Below are positions 22,101 to 32,050 of a stretch of 64,000 nt of DNA, piece after piece. The first letter of the stretch is position 1. Every line of letters starts with the position of its first letter. Both the position numbers and the translations under genes were made by a program. Origin of the DNA: Diplonema japonicum (taxonomy: Eukaryota > Protista > Euglenozoa: Diplonemea); assembly GCA_964019335.1 (NCBI GenBank), contig OZ025745.1, positions 1 through 64,000 on the forward strand, written 5' to 3'. The notes under the pieces were generated by a model. It was not told the origin of the DNA, searched no databases, and saw only the letters and a list, made by a program, of their open reading frames with translations.

Positions 22101-25100
22101 GGGTGCAGCAGCCTGTCGCTGCCGACGACAAGCATTGTGGACATCACTGCAGCGCAGCACGTTGCGCATGACGTCGTGTGGCTTGAGAAGGAGTGGCTGC
22201 TGAAGGATGCTCGCGTCATGATGCAGAGTGTCGTGGGGGACACGTTCTGGTTCCAACATCGAAACGGCTGGGGTGACGTGGAAGAGGCAGAAGAGCAGTC
22301 CTTACGACTGGTAGACATCATGCTGTCCAAAGAACGGTGGCTCGCTGCTGAGGGAGGGTATCTAAACATGAGCAAGTGGAGAAACCGCGACTCACCGTAC
22401 TCCGGAGGAGAGCTCAGCGAGGACGTGGTGTACCAAGAGCACGAAGAGCCCGTCGCCATGATCAGGACAGGTGTCATCGACACCTTGGTGGGCGGCACAG
22501 GGCGCGGGGGGTTGTTCGTCCATGCCTTGCGTAACAACGTCCCTAGGGTCGATGAGATAGCTGAGCTTTCTGACACAAACACGGACTGCATGGGAGTGAC
22601 AGCTGTCGGCCTTGGTGTCCGGCACCGGTCGGAAGCATTCTTGTCCGCACTCACGAACCCCACAGCAGCACAGGTCCAGGCAGTCATCGACGGGGACCTC
22701 CTGGGCGTCGTAAGGCAGTTTCACCATCGCAACGTGATTTCATCACCTCTCGAGGTCTCAGCCGTCCAGCACTCCCCGCAGACTCTTGACTTCCTTTCGC
22801 GCAAGCAGCTGGTTCTTTGGGAAGACCAGTCTGCAAGACCATGTGTCCCGTACTTGCTGCAAAAGTCGAGCTACATGGCACAGGTGTGTCTGGAGCACTG
22901 TACAACAGGCCACCTTGCGACGGAGAACATCGAGAGGGCCGTGCTGCATGTTGCAAGGAGCCGTGATGCTGTCCACTTCCAAATCCTATTGTCAGACAAC
23001 AGGGTTCTGATGGCAATGGCACGCAGCACCAAGCCGGTGTTAGCGTCAGCGGCCTTGTACCTGCCCCCTGCGATCAGGTCGGACAGGCTGCTGAAGCGGT
23101 TGCTGAGACATCATTTCTATGCAGGCCCGTCACAGGTTTCCTCCGTGTTGCAACAGGCCAGAGGTGCAGGGGCTACGCACGGGCTTAGCAATTCACGCAA
23201 AAAGATGCTACTGAACTACGGAGAGCACGCGGGGCTGGTTTACAATCGTAAGGTTAATAACGTTGGGCAGGCCTCGGTCAGGGTGTACACGGTGGGACAA
23301 ACGAAGGCGAAACTGGTGACGTCCAAGATGCAAGGCGAACTGAGGCTCAACCCTCTTCACGACCCAATGTGCTGGGTGAGAATATTCGAATGGCTAACAG
23401 CGGCCGAGTGGGTGCAACTGGCCTCAGTCAGCCAGAATATGCTACGTGCTGCGACCTGGGTGGGGCACAGCAAATCTCCCTTCCTTGACATTGTCGAGAG
23501 GAATGGGTTGGGGGCGATGCCTCTGTGCAAGTTCCACGTGAGGTCAGCTTTGCACGCTGATGAGCTGCTTAAAGCGGTAAAAGCCGGTCCGTTGCTAATC
23601 GACAGCATGCCCACCACTGGGGTCCTCAAGACACGACAAAGCTGCGAAGAGAGCAGCTCGGAAGTCTCGTCAGTGCCAACCTTCTGCATGTCGACAGGGA
23701 GCTCGACGTTGGACTGGAGTCACACCTTGTCAAGGGGGACCGCCTTGCCAACTCAAGAAGGTGAGTGGTACCCTGTTGACAAGCTGTGGTCCCCTGCCAC
23801 ATCTGCCATCTACCTGTACGGACGTGTTGAGGAGTGCGTGAAGGTACTCGAAGCGAGGCAAGGGGACATACAGCCCACATATCTAGGGCACTACGTGCCT
23901 TCTGAGCAGAGGTTCGATGTTTCGCTTCTGGCATTGAGCATTCTCCACGATAGTTTGCCACTCTTCCAGCTGTGCTACCCACCCGACCCGTCCATCCTCT
24001 ATAACGACCTCCCGCAAGGTGCGTCGCAGCGGGAAAGTGTGGTATCACATGTAATTCAATGCCGTGCGAAAACCATTTTCTTGCACCTCCTCATCAAGAA
24101 AGAGGTCCCTCGGGAGCACCAAACATTCTATGTGCGGTACGTTGGGTGGCTGGGCCTGCCTGAAGTTGAGAAGCTGTTCCCTAAAATGAACCTCAGCCTC
24201 GACAGCGACCTGGAGCCTGCCTTCGTCGAGAAGGTTATTACTGCAGCCATCAGGCACCCCGACGACGCGGGGCAGGGCCTGCTAAGGCATAAGAACATTC
24301 TAGAAAGATACTCCCAGACACTCTATCTCGAAGCATGCAGGTACGGCAGGGAAACAATTGCCAGCACCGTGCGAGACTATGTGGGCAGCAACGTGCGCGT
24401 GGAAGGTATCCAAATAGCGTTGAGCATGGGACACGTGTGGGCAGCAAACGGAATAGAAGACGATCTCTGCATCCTCACCGAACAGACCACGACACTACCA
24501 TTGCTGCACGAGGCAGAGGAACAAGAAGAAGAAGAGGAACAAGAGGAACAAGAGAAGGAGGCAGATGTGCCTCCGAGTGAACGAAAGTTCTTTACAAAAT
24601 GGCTTTCCCCCGGCAACCGGTTGATGCTCGAGTACCTCGAAACTGACGTATCGCCGCTCGACGGTGATTACGACCACCCCGCTTCGCTGTGGGGTCTTCT
24701 GCCTCTCAAGACAAAGGCGAGGGTGGGGAACGTATTCGGTTTGAAGAAATCCGTGTCGCTGATGTCAAAAACGTTCCACGGGTTGGACCTTGTGGAGGCC
24801 TTGGCGAAGGGTACGGGCCGGGGATCGTTCCCCGGGTGGCGCTCTGTTTATGTGAGGGACATGAAAGACTTTAAGTCAAAACCCACACAGCTCATCACAC
24901 GTGAGCTCATCTGCGACGACGAGCGGACCACAGTGTGCCTCAGATGCAACGCGTGGACAGGTAATGGGTACGAGCCAGTGCACCACACGCAGGTAGTACT
25001 GTCTATGGAAACGGTTGAAAAACTAGTCGCATCCACACACCCGATATCAATTTTCGAAGAACTGCTCGAGCATGAAGCCCCGCACAGCCCTGTGTACACC

Positions 25101-25496
25101 TTCATGTGCCACGATCCTGATAAAGGCACAACAGACCTGACGTGGATTCTAAGCTACGCTAAAGCGACGAAGAGCTTCTCCCAAGCCGTCTTGGTCGCCC
25201 TCCCTACACGGTTGGAATCAATGTATCAAGCCACCTCCCACCCGTGCTGGGTTGGCATCCCTTCAGCTACGCCTGACGACTGTTCCTTGCTATGGGAGGC
25301 GGAGGCTGACATCCCTGAAGGCTTCTCCGCCCGTGCGGTTTACAGAGGAAGAAGGCAGAGACTGCTCGACACCGTGGGTGAGGGTGTGTCTTATGACACA
25401 GATGCCAATTCGGACAGCACTCCATTCGTGGTGTTGAAACTGCCAGGGTTCGATGTGGCACCCACGTCGGGCACACTGGCAGAGCTCTTTGCGTAG
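19194..25496 (+). CDS. Multidomain protein: ART-type ADP-ribosyltransferase-like domain, BspA-type LRRs, F-box-like motif, helical (ankyrin-like) repeats
   Basis: LYTM..INWAMR..LFRGL..SPSSCT..SKYQRDHEFLLPP gives an R-S-E layout. About 16 units of CxSLxxxDxxPxxxVxxIxxxFL follow, then the F-box-like LHDPMCWVRIFEWL..LASVSQ. Confidence 0.75.
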   Translation: MSRNNKRRSEEAEMRLVCTKCPQPEQGVEDYGFAADITGSLCSLQDLDMVLHEIDKDPRAHSVQGVEAAAEEVREAIDLEIKRTLNEVTRDLQAKEEELLNEVTRWEAEQVNPRKPRLDNKKRAEWDLFMQDVECELQVNPLSDSQLYSIAGALRPMWEANPQRDEQLAVIPEEVKLYEWLANAYHDKPGSVIDELVQNMVAPTAVTTAVKLHLISIATSNVWNTARHHYQNTSRTELLIMYLYTMTGSDIDKLMAFEDVPECNTEGWDAYVERNKPISMSINWAMRTASFEDDTEEQTAMLRKWVKFIAVLMRVSSKACKPTELFRGLADLPDNVVSDYEKLNKGDVFRWLSPSSCTFDSNTSKQHVLMTQDSYKGCGILFNVARVRQGVTLRHVSKYQRDHEFLLPPLSEFTVDTVQDNHPQHLTVACYHRGGAVERGSVFLKNIKTMCLEDASRLSILADIEPVKTGLKRFLSKTQIEVKHTEMQQLAGLTEHPGTLVIDFTGASTVDVDREYVKIVKGFERVKLLGVKGYVADGFLADGDDGSQMESLSVMLAGSLRIGDSFLKGCKRLLAVAFSGPGTVYSVGRDFLSQCTGLEDADLGTFTDVTVVNASFLSGCVSLMSVDLSPFKKVTTIDRNFLSRCGKLRGINLGPLSEVTAVGRSFMSWCSSLESIDLTAFANVVVVNEFFLFRCSSLRTINVSCFSSVSTIHGSFLSGCRSLKELDFTPFANATVIGDCFLEACCSLEHIDFTPLSSVAVIGDAFLNGCTSLQGVDVGFTNVTVINKSFMSNCTSLRDMSFASFTNVTAIGACFMDGCTSLRSLDFAPLTGVAAIGELFLVGCTSLQSASLAPFTSLTTIENGFFSNCHTLQFIDLSAFGSVTSLADCFLQNCSSLQFVDLAPLKEVVSIGAYFLSGCTSLTSVNLEPLAKVAAVPKLFLEGCCSVKEIRMGSISPASMTAIGEGFLSGCSSLSLPTTSIVDITAAQHVAHDVVWLEKEWLLKDARVMMQSVVGDTFWFQHRNGWGDVEEAEEQSLRLVDIMLSKERWLAAEGGYLNMSKWRNRDSPYSGGELSEDVVYQEHEEPVAMIRTGVIDTLVGGTGRGGLFVHALRNNVPRVDEIAELSDTNTDCMGVTAVGLGVRHRSEAFLSALTNPTAAQVQAVIDGDLLGVVRQFHHRNVISSPLEVSAVQHSPQTLDFLSRKQLVLWEDQSARPCVPYLLQKSSYMAQVCLEHCTTGHLATENIERAVLHVARSRDAVHFQILLSDNRVLMAMARSTKPVLASAALYLPPAIRSDRLLKRLLRHHFYAGPSQVSSVLQQARGAGATHGLSNSRKKMLLNYGEHAGLVYNRKVNNVGQASVRVYTVGQTKAKLVTSKMQGELRLNPLHDPMCWVRIFEWLTAAEWVQLASVSQNMLRAATWVGHSKSPFLDIVERNGLGAMPLCKFHVRSALHADELLKAVKAGPLLIDSMPTTGVLKTRQSCEESSSEVSSVPTFCMSTGSSTLDWSHTLSRGTALPTQEGEWYPVDKLWSPATSAIYLYGRVEECVKVLEARQGDIQPTYLGHYVPSEQRFDVSLLALSILHDSLPLFQLCYPPDPSILYNDLPQGASQRESVVSHVIQCRAKTIFLHLLIKKEVPREHQTFYVRYVGWLGLPEVEKLFPKMNLSLDSDLEPAFVEKVITAAIRHPDDAGQGLLRHKNILERYSQTLYLEACRYGRETIASTVRDYVGSNVRVEGIQIALSMGHVWAANGIEDDLCILTEQTTTLPLLHEAEEQEEEEEQEEQEKEADVPPSERKFFTKWLSPGNRLMLEYLETDVSPLDGDYDHPASLWGLLPLKTKARVGNVFGLKKSVSLMSKTFHGLDLVEALAKGTGRGSFPGWRSVYVRDMKDFKSKPTQLITRELICDDERTTVCLRCNAWTGNGYEPVHHTQVVLSMETVEKLVASTHPISIFEELLEHEAPHSPVYTFMCHDPDKGTTDLTWILSYAKATKSFSQAVLVALPTRLESMYQATSHPCWVGIPSATPDDCSLLWEAEADIPEGFSARAVYRGRRQRLLDTVGEGVSYDTDANSDSTPFVVLKLPGFDVAPTSGTLAELFA

Positions 25497-25607
25497 AGCA
25501 CCCCCTTTTTTTTTCTTTTCATTTTTCACTGAGTATTTTGTTGCACGCACTCACCCCACTCATATCGCGTTGCGTAGTTAAAACCCATTCGCAACAGGAA
25601 ACAGGGG

Positions 25608-26419
25608 ATGACAAGTAGAGAGCATGACTTAGAGGACTTGTTCCCTGCTTGGGATCTTGACGGGAATGGGTTAATCGAATTTGCCGAACTGCAGCAAGTG
25701 CTAGAAGCATGCGATCGGTTGGAGTTCACGAAGAAGGAGAAGAAGATGGCGGCGAAGCTCAAGGCGACGATGGCGGAGAATGGCCGCATCAAGCCGCTGG
25801 ACATAGACAGGTTTGTGGAGTTCATGCTGCAGTTGTTCAAAGCGGTTCCTGACGATGAGTGGGAGGAAATATTAAAGTCCTTGCAGAAAGCAGTGTCGGA
25901 GGCACAGTCCCTCACCACGTGCAACAGAAGGATGAGGGTGCAGTGGTCTCTGTTTCGTCTGCTGGACGTGAATCAGGATGGTGTCGTGGAGTTCAAAGAG
26001 CTGCAAACGTTAATCAACGCCAACACCCGAGAGCGGAGCAAGAGCGCGCGTAAAGCGTCTATCCGGTGGGAAACAGACCTTCGCAATAAAACTGTTCAGC
26101 ACGGGGAGACCTTGCAGCTTTCCCTAACAGACTTCCACGCCTTCGTCGGGGACCTCTTCAAGGACATGACTGACGAACAATACGTCGAGACCATGGCCAA
26201 CATTGAGAAACAGCTAGCGGTCACGAACACTGCGGTATGAAGTGAGGGGAAAAAAAAAAAAAAAAAAAAAAATAGGAATATCACCACAATTACATCGAAA
26301 AAGAGGGCATCCCCGAGCTCGTGAACAGTATAACCTCATACGTCCTGATCAGAAAGCCCGACGACCCTTTGGATGCCGTCATCGAGTATCTGGAAAAACA
26401 GCAGGAGGTCAGGGTTTAA
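25608..26419 (+). CDS. EF-hand protein with a C-terminal Dpy-30/RIIa-like docking domain; 2 exons (25608-26234, 26276-26419)
   Basis: EF loops DLDGNGLIEFAE and DVNQDGVVEFKE. Removing GTATGA..AATAG joins in frame to EYHHNYIEKEGIPELVNSITSYVLIRKPDDPLDAVIEYLEK. Confidence 0.8.
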
Positions 26420-26469
26420 ACGGGGGGGAGGGGGAAAGGGTGGGGCAAGCGTGTTAATTATTCTTTTTT

Positions 26470-26583
26470 CTAGGCGATCCTGTCACATACTGCAGGTTCC
26501 CTTCAAAGACATCTTTTTTTTTTTTTTTTGTTAGCACCCCCGTAGGGCGGCCCTCCAGAAGGGAGCTTGTCCTGTACTTTGAG
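26470..26583 (+). mobile_element. Stacked 3' stubs: family C (26470-26513) and family-A-like (26532-26583), separated by a T-tract
   Basis: The first stub matches 15374-15411. AGGGCGGCCCTCC..TTGTCCTGTACTTTGAG matches 14832-14871. Confidence 0.75.
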
Positions 26584-26687
26584 TTTGTTTTAACAGGTAC
26601 ACATGTGAGTAGGTTCTTTTTTTTTTTTTTTTTTTATGTTTTACATAGCGATTATTCTTTTTTTTTTTTTTTTCATTCACTTACTAC

Positions 26688-26725
<38 letters not shown>

Positions 26726-26758
26726 ATTAAAGACACCATACACGGGCAATAAAAAAAA

Positions 26759-27535
26759 ATGGAAACCTTAGGAGATGATGTCAGGATGATGGCAAGGACA
26801 CAAGTGATGCTGGTCGGCATGCTGGTTGCGGGGCACTTCGTGGCGACAAAGGTGGTTGAGAAGGTGCCGTTGCTGTCCAAGGTACAGGATTGGTGGAGCG
26901 TAGTGGATGTCGTCTTCAGCATCCCATTCTATCCCGTTCTTAGCTACTTCGCGGTGATGGCAAGCTGGGAGCTGTCCGGTCAGGATGATAGGGTGACGGG
27001 GAAAAGCGCAAACAGCTATTACTTTTGCATGCTTTTCGTCGCAAAATCACTAGTCCATATGTTCATCACTCTGCAGCAAAAGCTCACGAAAAGCTTCTTG
27101 TTCACGACCCTCCTGCACCATAGCTGCTCCATTGTGTGTATGCTGGGAACACCGTTGTGCGGGAGGCTTATTTTTTACTCTGCTTTCGACGGTGTGTGCG
27201 AGATCACCAACATTTTCCTTTCTGTCCTTTACCTCTTCAAAATGACGAAGACGGCAGACAGGTACCCCCTGCTGTACAGCATCAACGGTGTCCTCTTGTG
27301 GACTTCGTTTTTGTTTTTCCGTATCTTTCTCTTCCCTGTGTGGTTCTTCCTCTTCTATCAGGACTATGCCAGAGGCGCGATGTCTAGTGTGAGCAGTGCC
27401 GAGCTTGTGGGTTACCCAGCCGTCACGCTCCTTATTATGTGCATGTCCGTGAATTGGTTCATACCGATTACAAAGGGCCTTCTTAAGGTGGTGCTGCACC
27501 AGAAGGAAGATTGGGAACTTAAAAAGCAGCAATAA
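26759..27535 (+). CDS. TLC (TRAM/LAG1/CLN8) domain membrane protein
   Basis: LLHH, CEITNIFL, FLFFRI and NWF..I motifs; multi-TM. Confidence 0.8.
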   Translation: METLGDDVRMMARTQVMLVGMLVAGHFVATKVVEKVPLLSKVQDWWSVVDVVFSIPFYPVLSYFAVMASWELSGQDDRVTGKSANSYYFCMLFVAKSLVHMFITLQQKLTKSFLFTTLLHHSCSIVCMLGTPLCGRLIFYSAFDGVCEITNIFLSVLYLFKMTKTADRYPLLYSINGVLLWTSFLFFRIFLFPVWFFLFYQDYARGAMSSVSSAELVGYPAVTLLIMCMSVNWFIPITKGLLKVVLHQKEDWELKKQQ

Positions 27536-27994
27536 AAGGGTTAAATAAAGCTTTTTTTTTTTTTTTTTTTTTTCGCCTTGAGACAAGAGAAAAGGAGGGG
27601 GAACGTTGGCCCCTGGTGTGGTAATTGTTTATTGGGGGAGAGGAAAAGAAGAAGAAAAAAAAGAGTAGTGGCAGCTTGTCCGTTTACCCCTTTCTTTTTT
27701 TTTTTTTTATATATTGGGTGTAGCCCGGGCGACTCGTTACTTCTTTTTTGTTACACATTTTTTTTTTAACAATCCTGTTTCTCTTTCTTTTTGCTTGTTT
27801 TTTTTGTTGTTGTTTTTACACGAAAGGGGAGCGTTTTTTGTTTGTTTCTCCCCCCTCCCCCCCTCTATTATTTGTTGTTCTCATTAAAAAAGAAAGAAAT
27901 AAGGGGGGAAAGAACATCCTCCCCCCTTTTTTTAAAATAACTTTATTTTTAAATTTCCCCAGTGCTTCCAACGCAACCCCACCACAGCACAGAG

Positions 27995-29506
27995 ATGCGT
28001 CCGCCGAGTACAGGGCACAGGATGCCACACCAGATGCCACAGCGGCCTGGGTGGGAAGAGGCTGTTGTCAGCCCTGTGCGGCCTGTGACGTTCCAGGTGC
28101 CGCCGTGGGCTGCAGGGGGGGCAGAGCGTGAGGAGTCGCCTGTGTCGCAGTGCTCAACGGCAACACAGCCACCAAACCGAGTACAGCATGTGCACGTCGA
28201 CCTGGAAGGGATTGCACGGGAGTGGGGAGGCACTCCTGCCGCGCCTATGTTTGCCACGACTTCCACCTCGACGACCCCACGGCAGAGCGTGCCACCATCG
28301 GGGAGGGTCCCCTGTGTGGACATTGCCTCGTTGCTGCAGGATGACTTTGAGGGGTCGCTGCTTGTTGACGTTCAGCCGCATCACCCGCCGCAGCAGCCTG
28401 TAGAGCAGGCACCCCTCACCCCTCGCACGTCGCTCTCTACATGCGCCACGCAGACGACCCTCCCAACTGATGTCACCACGCAGACCATGACACCCCCAGC
28501 CCCCCAGCCGCAGTCTGTGGACCACGTGATGCTCCCCCTCGCCACCGCAGCAGACTTCGAATCCGATGCAGGCACCGACGCCTCGCACTCCACCATCATT
28601 GCCTACGGGTCACCCAAGTCGGGCATGACCACAGCGTGGGACCTCTTCAAGGCGTTGGAGGAGAACACACAGCCGCCCAGCAGCGCCTTTCACGAGCAGC
28701 GCATGTTTTCCGACGCAAAAAGGATCTCCCCCAGAAGAGGCGACCCGCACCACAGGGATCAGCACCACCAGGGTAACCTGCACCACAGGGAACGGCAAAC
28801 ATACGATGCGCGGCAGGAGCAAACCTACAACGAGGCGGAACCCGGACAAGAACTGCAGCAACGGGCGGAGCACAGACACTTGGAGCAGAGGCACGCCCAG
28901 CGAGAGTACCCGAAGTACCAAGAGCACAGGCAGCAGGACCTGCGAAGCCATGCTGTGACGGGTGAGGAGCACTATCAAGCACGTCCGCAGCAGCAGCAGA
29001 TAGACTTTGCCCCCGAGGAGCAAGAGGAGGACGAAGAAGAGGTGCCAGGGACTATGGTGCCGATTAAGATGCAAGAGTCGCCCCCACTGCAGCTGGCAAC
29101 GAAGAGAGCGCAGCTGAAGAGGAGGGACGGGAGGCGGGAAATGTTCGGGGGGTGGAAGGACGGGCGGGGGGCGGTGTTTGTCATAACGCCTCCTGGTCAG
29201 GAGCAGTGGGTGTGTTTGTTCACACTGCAGCAGGCAGGCACGGAGGAGCCCTTGCCCGTGGAGCAGGCTGTGTGGCAGCAGGGAGGACGAAAAGTAAAGA
29301 TGCTCATCAACCCCACCACCATCGGACGTGCAGCCACCCTCCCGCCCTCAGACATCATCAGCGTTGCCACCACTGACACGCGTGGCAACACCTTGACCTT
29401 CACCCTCAACAGTGGCAATGGCAGCCAGCGCACCGTCAGCCTCAGCTTCCAAGCCGTCGACGGCAAGCGGAGCACTTCCTGTACTTTGTACCCGGTCGAG
29501 GGGTAG
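27995..29506 (+). CDS. Hypothetical low-complexity (P/Q/H-rich) protein
   Basis: Long ORF; first ATG at 27995. Confidence 0.65.
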   Translation: MRPPSTGHRMPHQMPQRPGWEEAVVSPVRPVTFQVPPWAAGGAEREESPVSQCSTATQPPNRVQHVHVDLEGIAREWGGTPAAPMFATTSTSTTPRQSVPPSGRVPCVDIASLLQDDFEGSLLVDVQPHHPPQQPVEQAPLTPRTSLSTCATQTTLPTDVTTQTMTPPAPQPQSVDHVMLPLATAADFESDAGTDASHSTIIAYGSPKSGMTTAWDLFKALEENTQPPSSAFHEQRMFSDAKRISPRRGDPHHRDQHHQGNLHHRERQTYDARQEQTYNEAEPGQELQQRAEHRHLEQRHAQREYPKYQEHRQQDLRSHAVTGEEHYQARPQQQQIDFAPEEQEEDEEEVPGTMVPIKMQESPPLQLATKRAQLKRRDGRREMFGGWKDGRGAVFVITPPGQEQWVCLFTLQQAGTEEPLPVEQAVWQQGGRKVKMLINPTTIGRAATLPPSDIISVATTDTRGNTLTFTLNSGNGSQRTVSLSFQAVDGKRSTSCTLYPVEG

Positions 29507-29808
29507 CCTAGATCCTTATCCCTGTACCCTTATTCGATATGATGTGCCGTTCCTGCAAGATGATTTTTAGAAACAGAAAGGGGTGTAGACCCTTTCGTTG
29601 CCCTTCGTGTTGTGGGGAACAGTGCACCTCATGCCAAATTCCCCAATGTACGCCCTCCCCCTCCCCGTGTTAGAATAATAAAATTATTACCCCCAAGAAG
29701 AAAAAATAGTTTTTTTTTTCCCAAATACCCCCCATTCCCTTTGTTTAACTGCTTTAGATCTTGCTTTCGCTTTTCAAACTACTTACCTGAAGTAAAAAGA
29801 AAAAGAAA

Positions 29809-31941
29809 ATGGCAGCTGTGCCCGCGCACCTGAAGGGGTACGAGATACTAGGAGCGGATATTGTGGGGGGCGGTATGCTGTATTCGTTGGTACACAAAAA
29901 GAGTAGAATGAAGGTGGTGTTTGGCAGAGAAGAAGGCGAAGGGACTGTGGGCATAGGAGTCAGGGGGGAGGGCGGAGGTGTGGCACATGTGACAGAGCAC
30001 GCCGTTTTGTGTGGGTCTAAAAAGTACAGGACAGGCGATGCGTTCTTCGCTGCTGCAGGCCGTACACTGACAAGGCATTCAAGTGCAGTGACGACACCTC
30101 TCCTGTCTGCTTTCTCCGTCACCACCGCAGAGCCAAAGACGTGGCTGGGGTTACTAACCTCCTTTCTTTTTTCCCCGCTCCTCTCCTCGCCTGCTGTACA
30201 CCGCGAAGCCCGCATCGCGGCCAATGAGATGGCCTCGCTTGCCACCACCCCGTCAGCAGCCCATGCAACACTGGTACAACGGAATCTCTTCAAGCCCGCC
30301 TCGCCGTACTCGCGCCCGCCTGGTGGGGACGCAGCCACACTCCCTTTCACTACACCAGAAGCTGTCCGTGCTTACCATAGTAAGAATTATCTCAACACTG
30401 GTAACTGTCTCATGGTGTGCCTCGGTCGCCCTGACCTCCTCCTGACTCTCGACCGTTTGTTGACTTCCAACGCCAGCTGCTTGCGCTTCGATGGGTATAC
30501 TCAGCCACCTGACTTCGACAAGTCCGTCATGACAGGGCATCGCGTGGCCACTGGGAGACTGCCAGGCCTAAAGGGGACAAGCCTAACGTGGGTGTCGCCT
30601 GTCGGCCGCACCGGCCACAGCACAGAGGTCGCAGGCACTATCCTTATGAACAAACTGAAGCAAAAGCGAACTACGATCGAAGGGCTCTGCAACGGTGTTG
30701 ATATGGACTTCCCGAAAGCGGTCCTTACAGTCACAGGCCTCAAGGAGCGGGAGGGCGTGTGGGAGGAAGTGAAGCAGGCCGCCGACGAAGCCACAGACGA
30801 GACTATTCGAATGGAGATGAAGGCTTTGGGGGATAGGTTTAACAGAAAGAAAGCGTGGGCAAGATGTCAGGACATTCTCAGCAGGTGGGCACGCGGAGGG
30901 GATGTCTTAAGGGGCTTTGAGGCTACAATGGCGGATGTCAAAAGGGACCTCAATGCGGTGAAGCAGCAGCCGCTGCTGACAATTAATATCACCGACAAGA
31001 GCCCCCTGGCGTCCTCCACAGCTTCGCCTCGGTCTTCGGGATTCTTGCAAAAGCTGCCGACGGGAATCCCCCACGATCACTCCTGCCTCCCCCTGACGCC
31101 CGTGCCTGATGCCGTTTCCTATGCCACGTCCCGTGCTGCGTCCATCGCCTCCTCGACCGTCACGCATCCATGCCCGCCCCTGCATACACACCTTGCAGCG
31201 GCTCTTTTCCGAATTGTAAGCAACAACGCACTCTCGCCCCACCCTTCTGTTGGGGATGATGGCGTTGCGGGTTTAAAAGTGCCCCGCCACCAGGATGCAC
31301 TTTACCGCCACCATGCACAACATGTGTTCAGACTTTTAGAAAAAAAGGTCGGGACTACGTACGAACAGGCAAAGAGGAATGCTCTGAAGGTGCATCGCGA
31401 GGCAACTCCTTTGCACGTGGTAGCAGGGGGCAAGGCGGGGAGGGTGTTGTCGGGTGTGCAGCGAGACATCGATGACACGCATGGCTGGGGCCAGCGTGTG
31501 TTCCTGGGCGGTGGACAAGAGGAAGGATCGGTGGAGTGTGGTGCTGTGGTGCGGAAAGTGGGTAGGCTCTCCGATGCTGAACGGGGAAGGTTGCTGGTCG
31601 TGGCCAAGGTGCTGGGGGGTTTGATGCACTCCCTTCTGCGTGAGCAGCACGGCGTGTACACAACCTCTTCCCTTCTCATCGGTGACGCCTTGTGGTGCAC
31701 CACCCAGGCTGACCCTTCACCTGCAGTTTCACAGCAGCTCATCACACGCCTCCTAGCCTCCCTCCCCTCGTATCTCTCCTCCCTTACCACCTCATCACTT
31801 GCAGCTGTCAAGGTTGCCACCCTTAAGGACATCGCCGAGATGGACCTCCGCAGCCCCGTAGCACGTGGGGTCATTGCCGCCGTTGCGAAGGCCGATGCAC
31901 AGCAGTTGATGGCTGAGTGCGAAAAGATTGGTACCACCTAG
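29809..31941 (+). CDS. Divergent peptidase M16 (presequence protease-like)
   Basis: GVAHVTEHAVLCGSKKY (inverted HxxEH zinc motif), GGD..T.EAVRAYHSKNY...NC, and LREQHGVY near the C-terminus. Confidence 0.7.
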   Translation: MAAVPAHLKGYEILGADIVGGGMLYSLVHKKSRMKVVFGREEGEGTVGIGVRGEGGGVAHVTEHAVLCGSKKYRTGDAFFAAAGRTLTRHSSAVTTPLLSAFSVTTAEPKTWLGLLTSFLFSPLLSSPAVHREARIAANEMASLATTPSAAHATLVQRNLFKPASPYSRPPGGDAATLPFTTPEAVRAYHSKNYLNTGNCLMVCLGRPDLLLTLDRLLTSNASCLRFDGYTQPPDFDKSVMTGHRVATGRLPGLKGTSLTWVSPVGRTGHSTEVAGTILMNKLKQKRTTIEGLCNGVDMDFPKAVLTVTGLKEREGVWEEVKQAADEATDETIRMEMKALGDRFNRKKAWARCQDILSRWARGGDVLRGFEATMADVKRDLNAVKQQPLLTINITDKSPLASSTASPRSSGFLQKLPTGIPHDHSCLPLTPVPDAVSYATSRAASIASSTVTHPCPPLHTHLAAALFRIVSNNALSPHPSVGDDGVAGLKVPRHQDALYRHHAQHVFRLLEKKVGTTYEQAKRNALKVHREATPLHVVAGGKAGRVLSGVQRDIDDTHGWGQRVFLGGGQEEGSVECGAVVRKVGRLSDAERGRLLVVAKVLGGLMHSLLREQHGVYTTSSLLIGDALWCTTQADPSPAVSQQLITRLLASLPSYLSSLTTSSLAAVKVATLKDIAEMDLRSPVARGVIAAVAKADAQQLMAECEKIGTT

Positions 31942-32050
31942 CTTCTTTTTTATTTTTGATTTTCTTTTTTACCCCTACCTTCTGGTTCCCCCTTATCCAC
32001 ACAGACATCTAACCACACTCTCCTCCCTTTCCCTGTTTATCATTTCCAAG

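Noticed and set aside
26565-26583. Resemblance of the family-A-like end (CTGTACTTT) to the 3' part of the kinetoplastid/diplonemid spliced leader
   Set aside because: Only about 9 nt match, and the other copies read CTGCACTTT. No full SL exon or SL RNA gene is visible.
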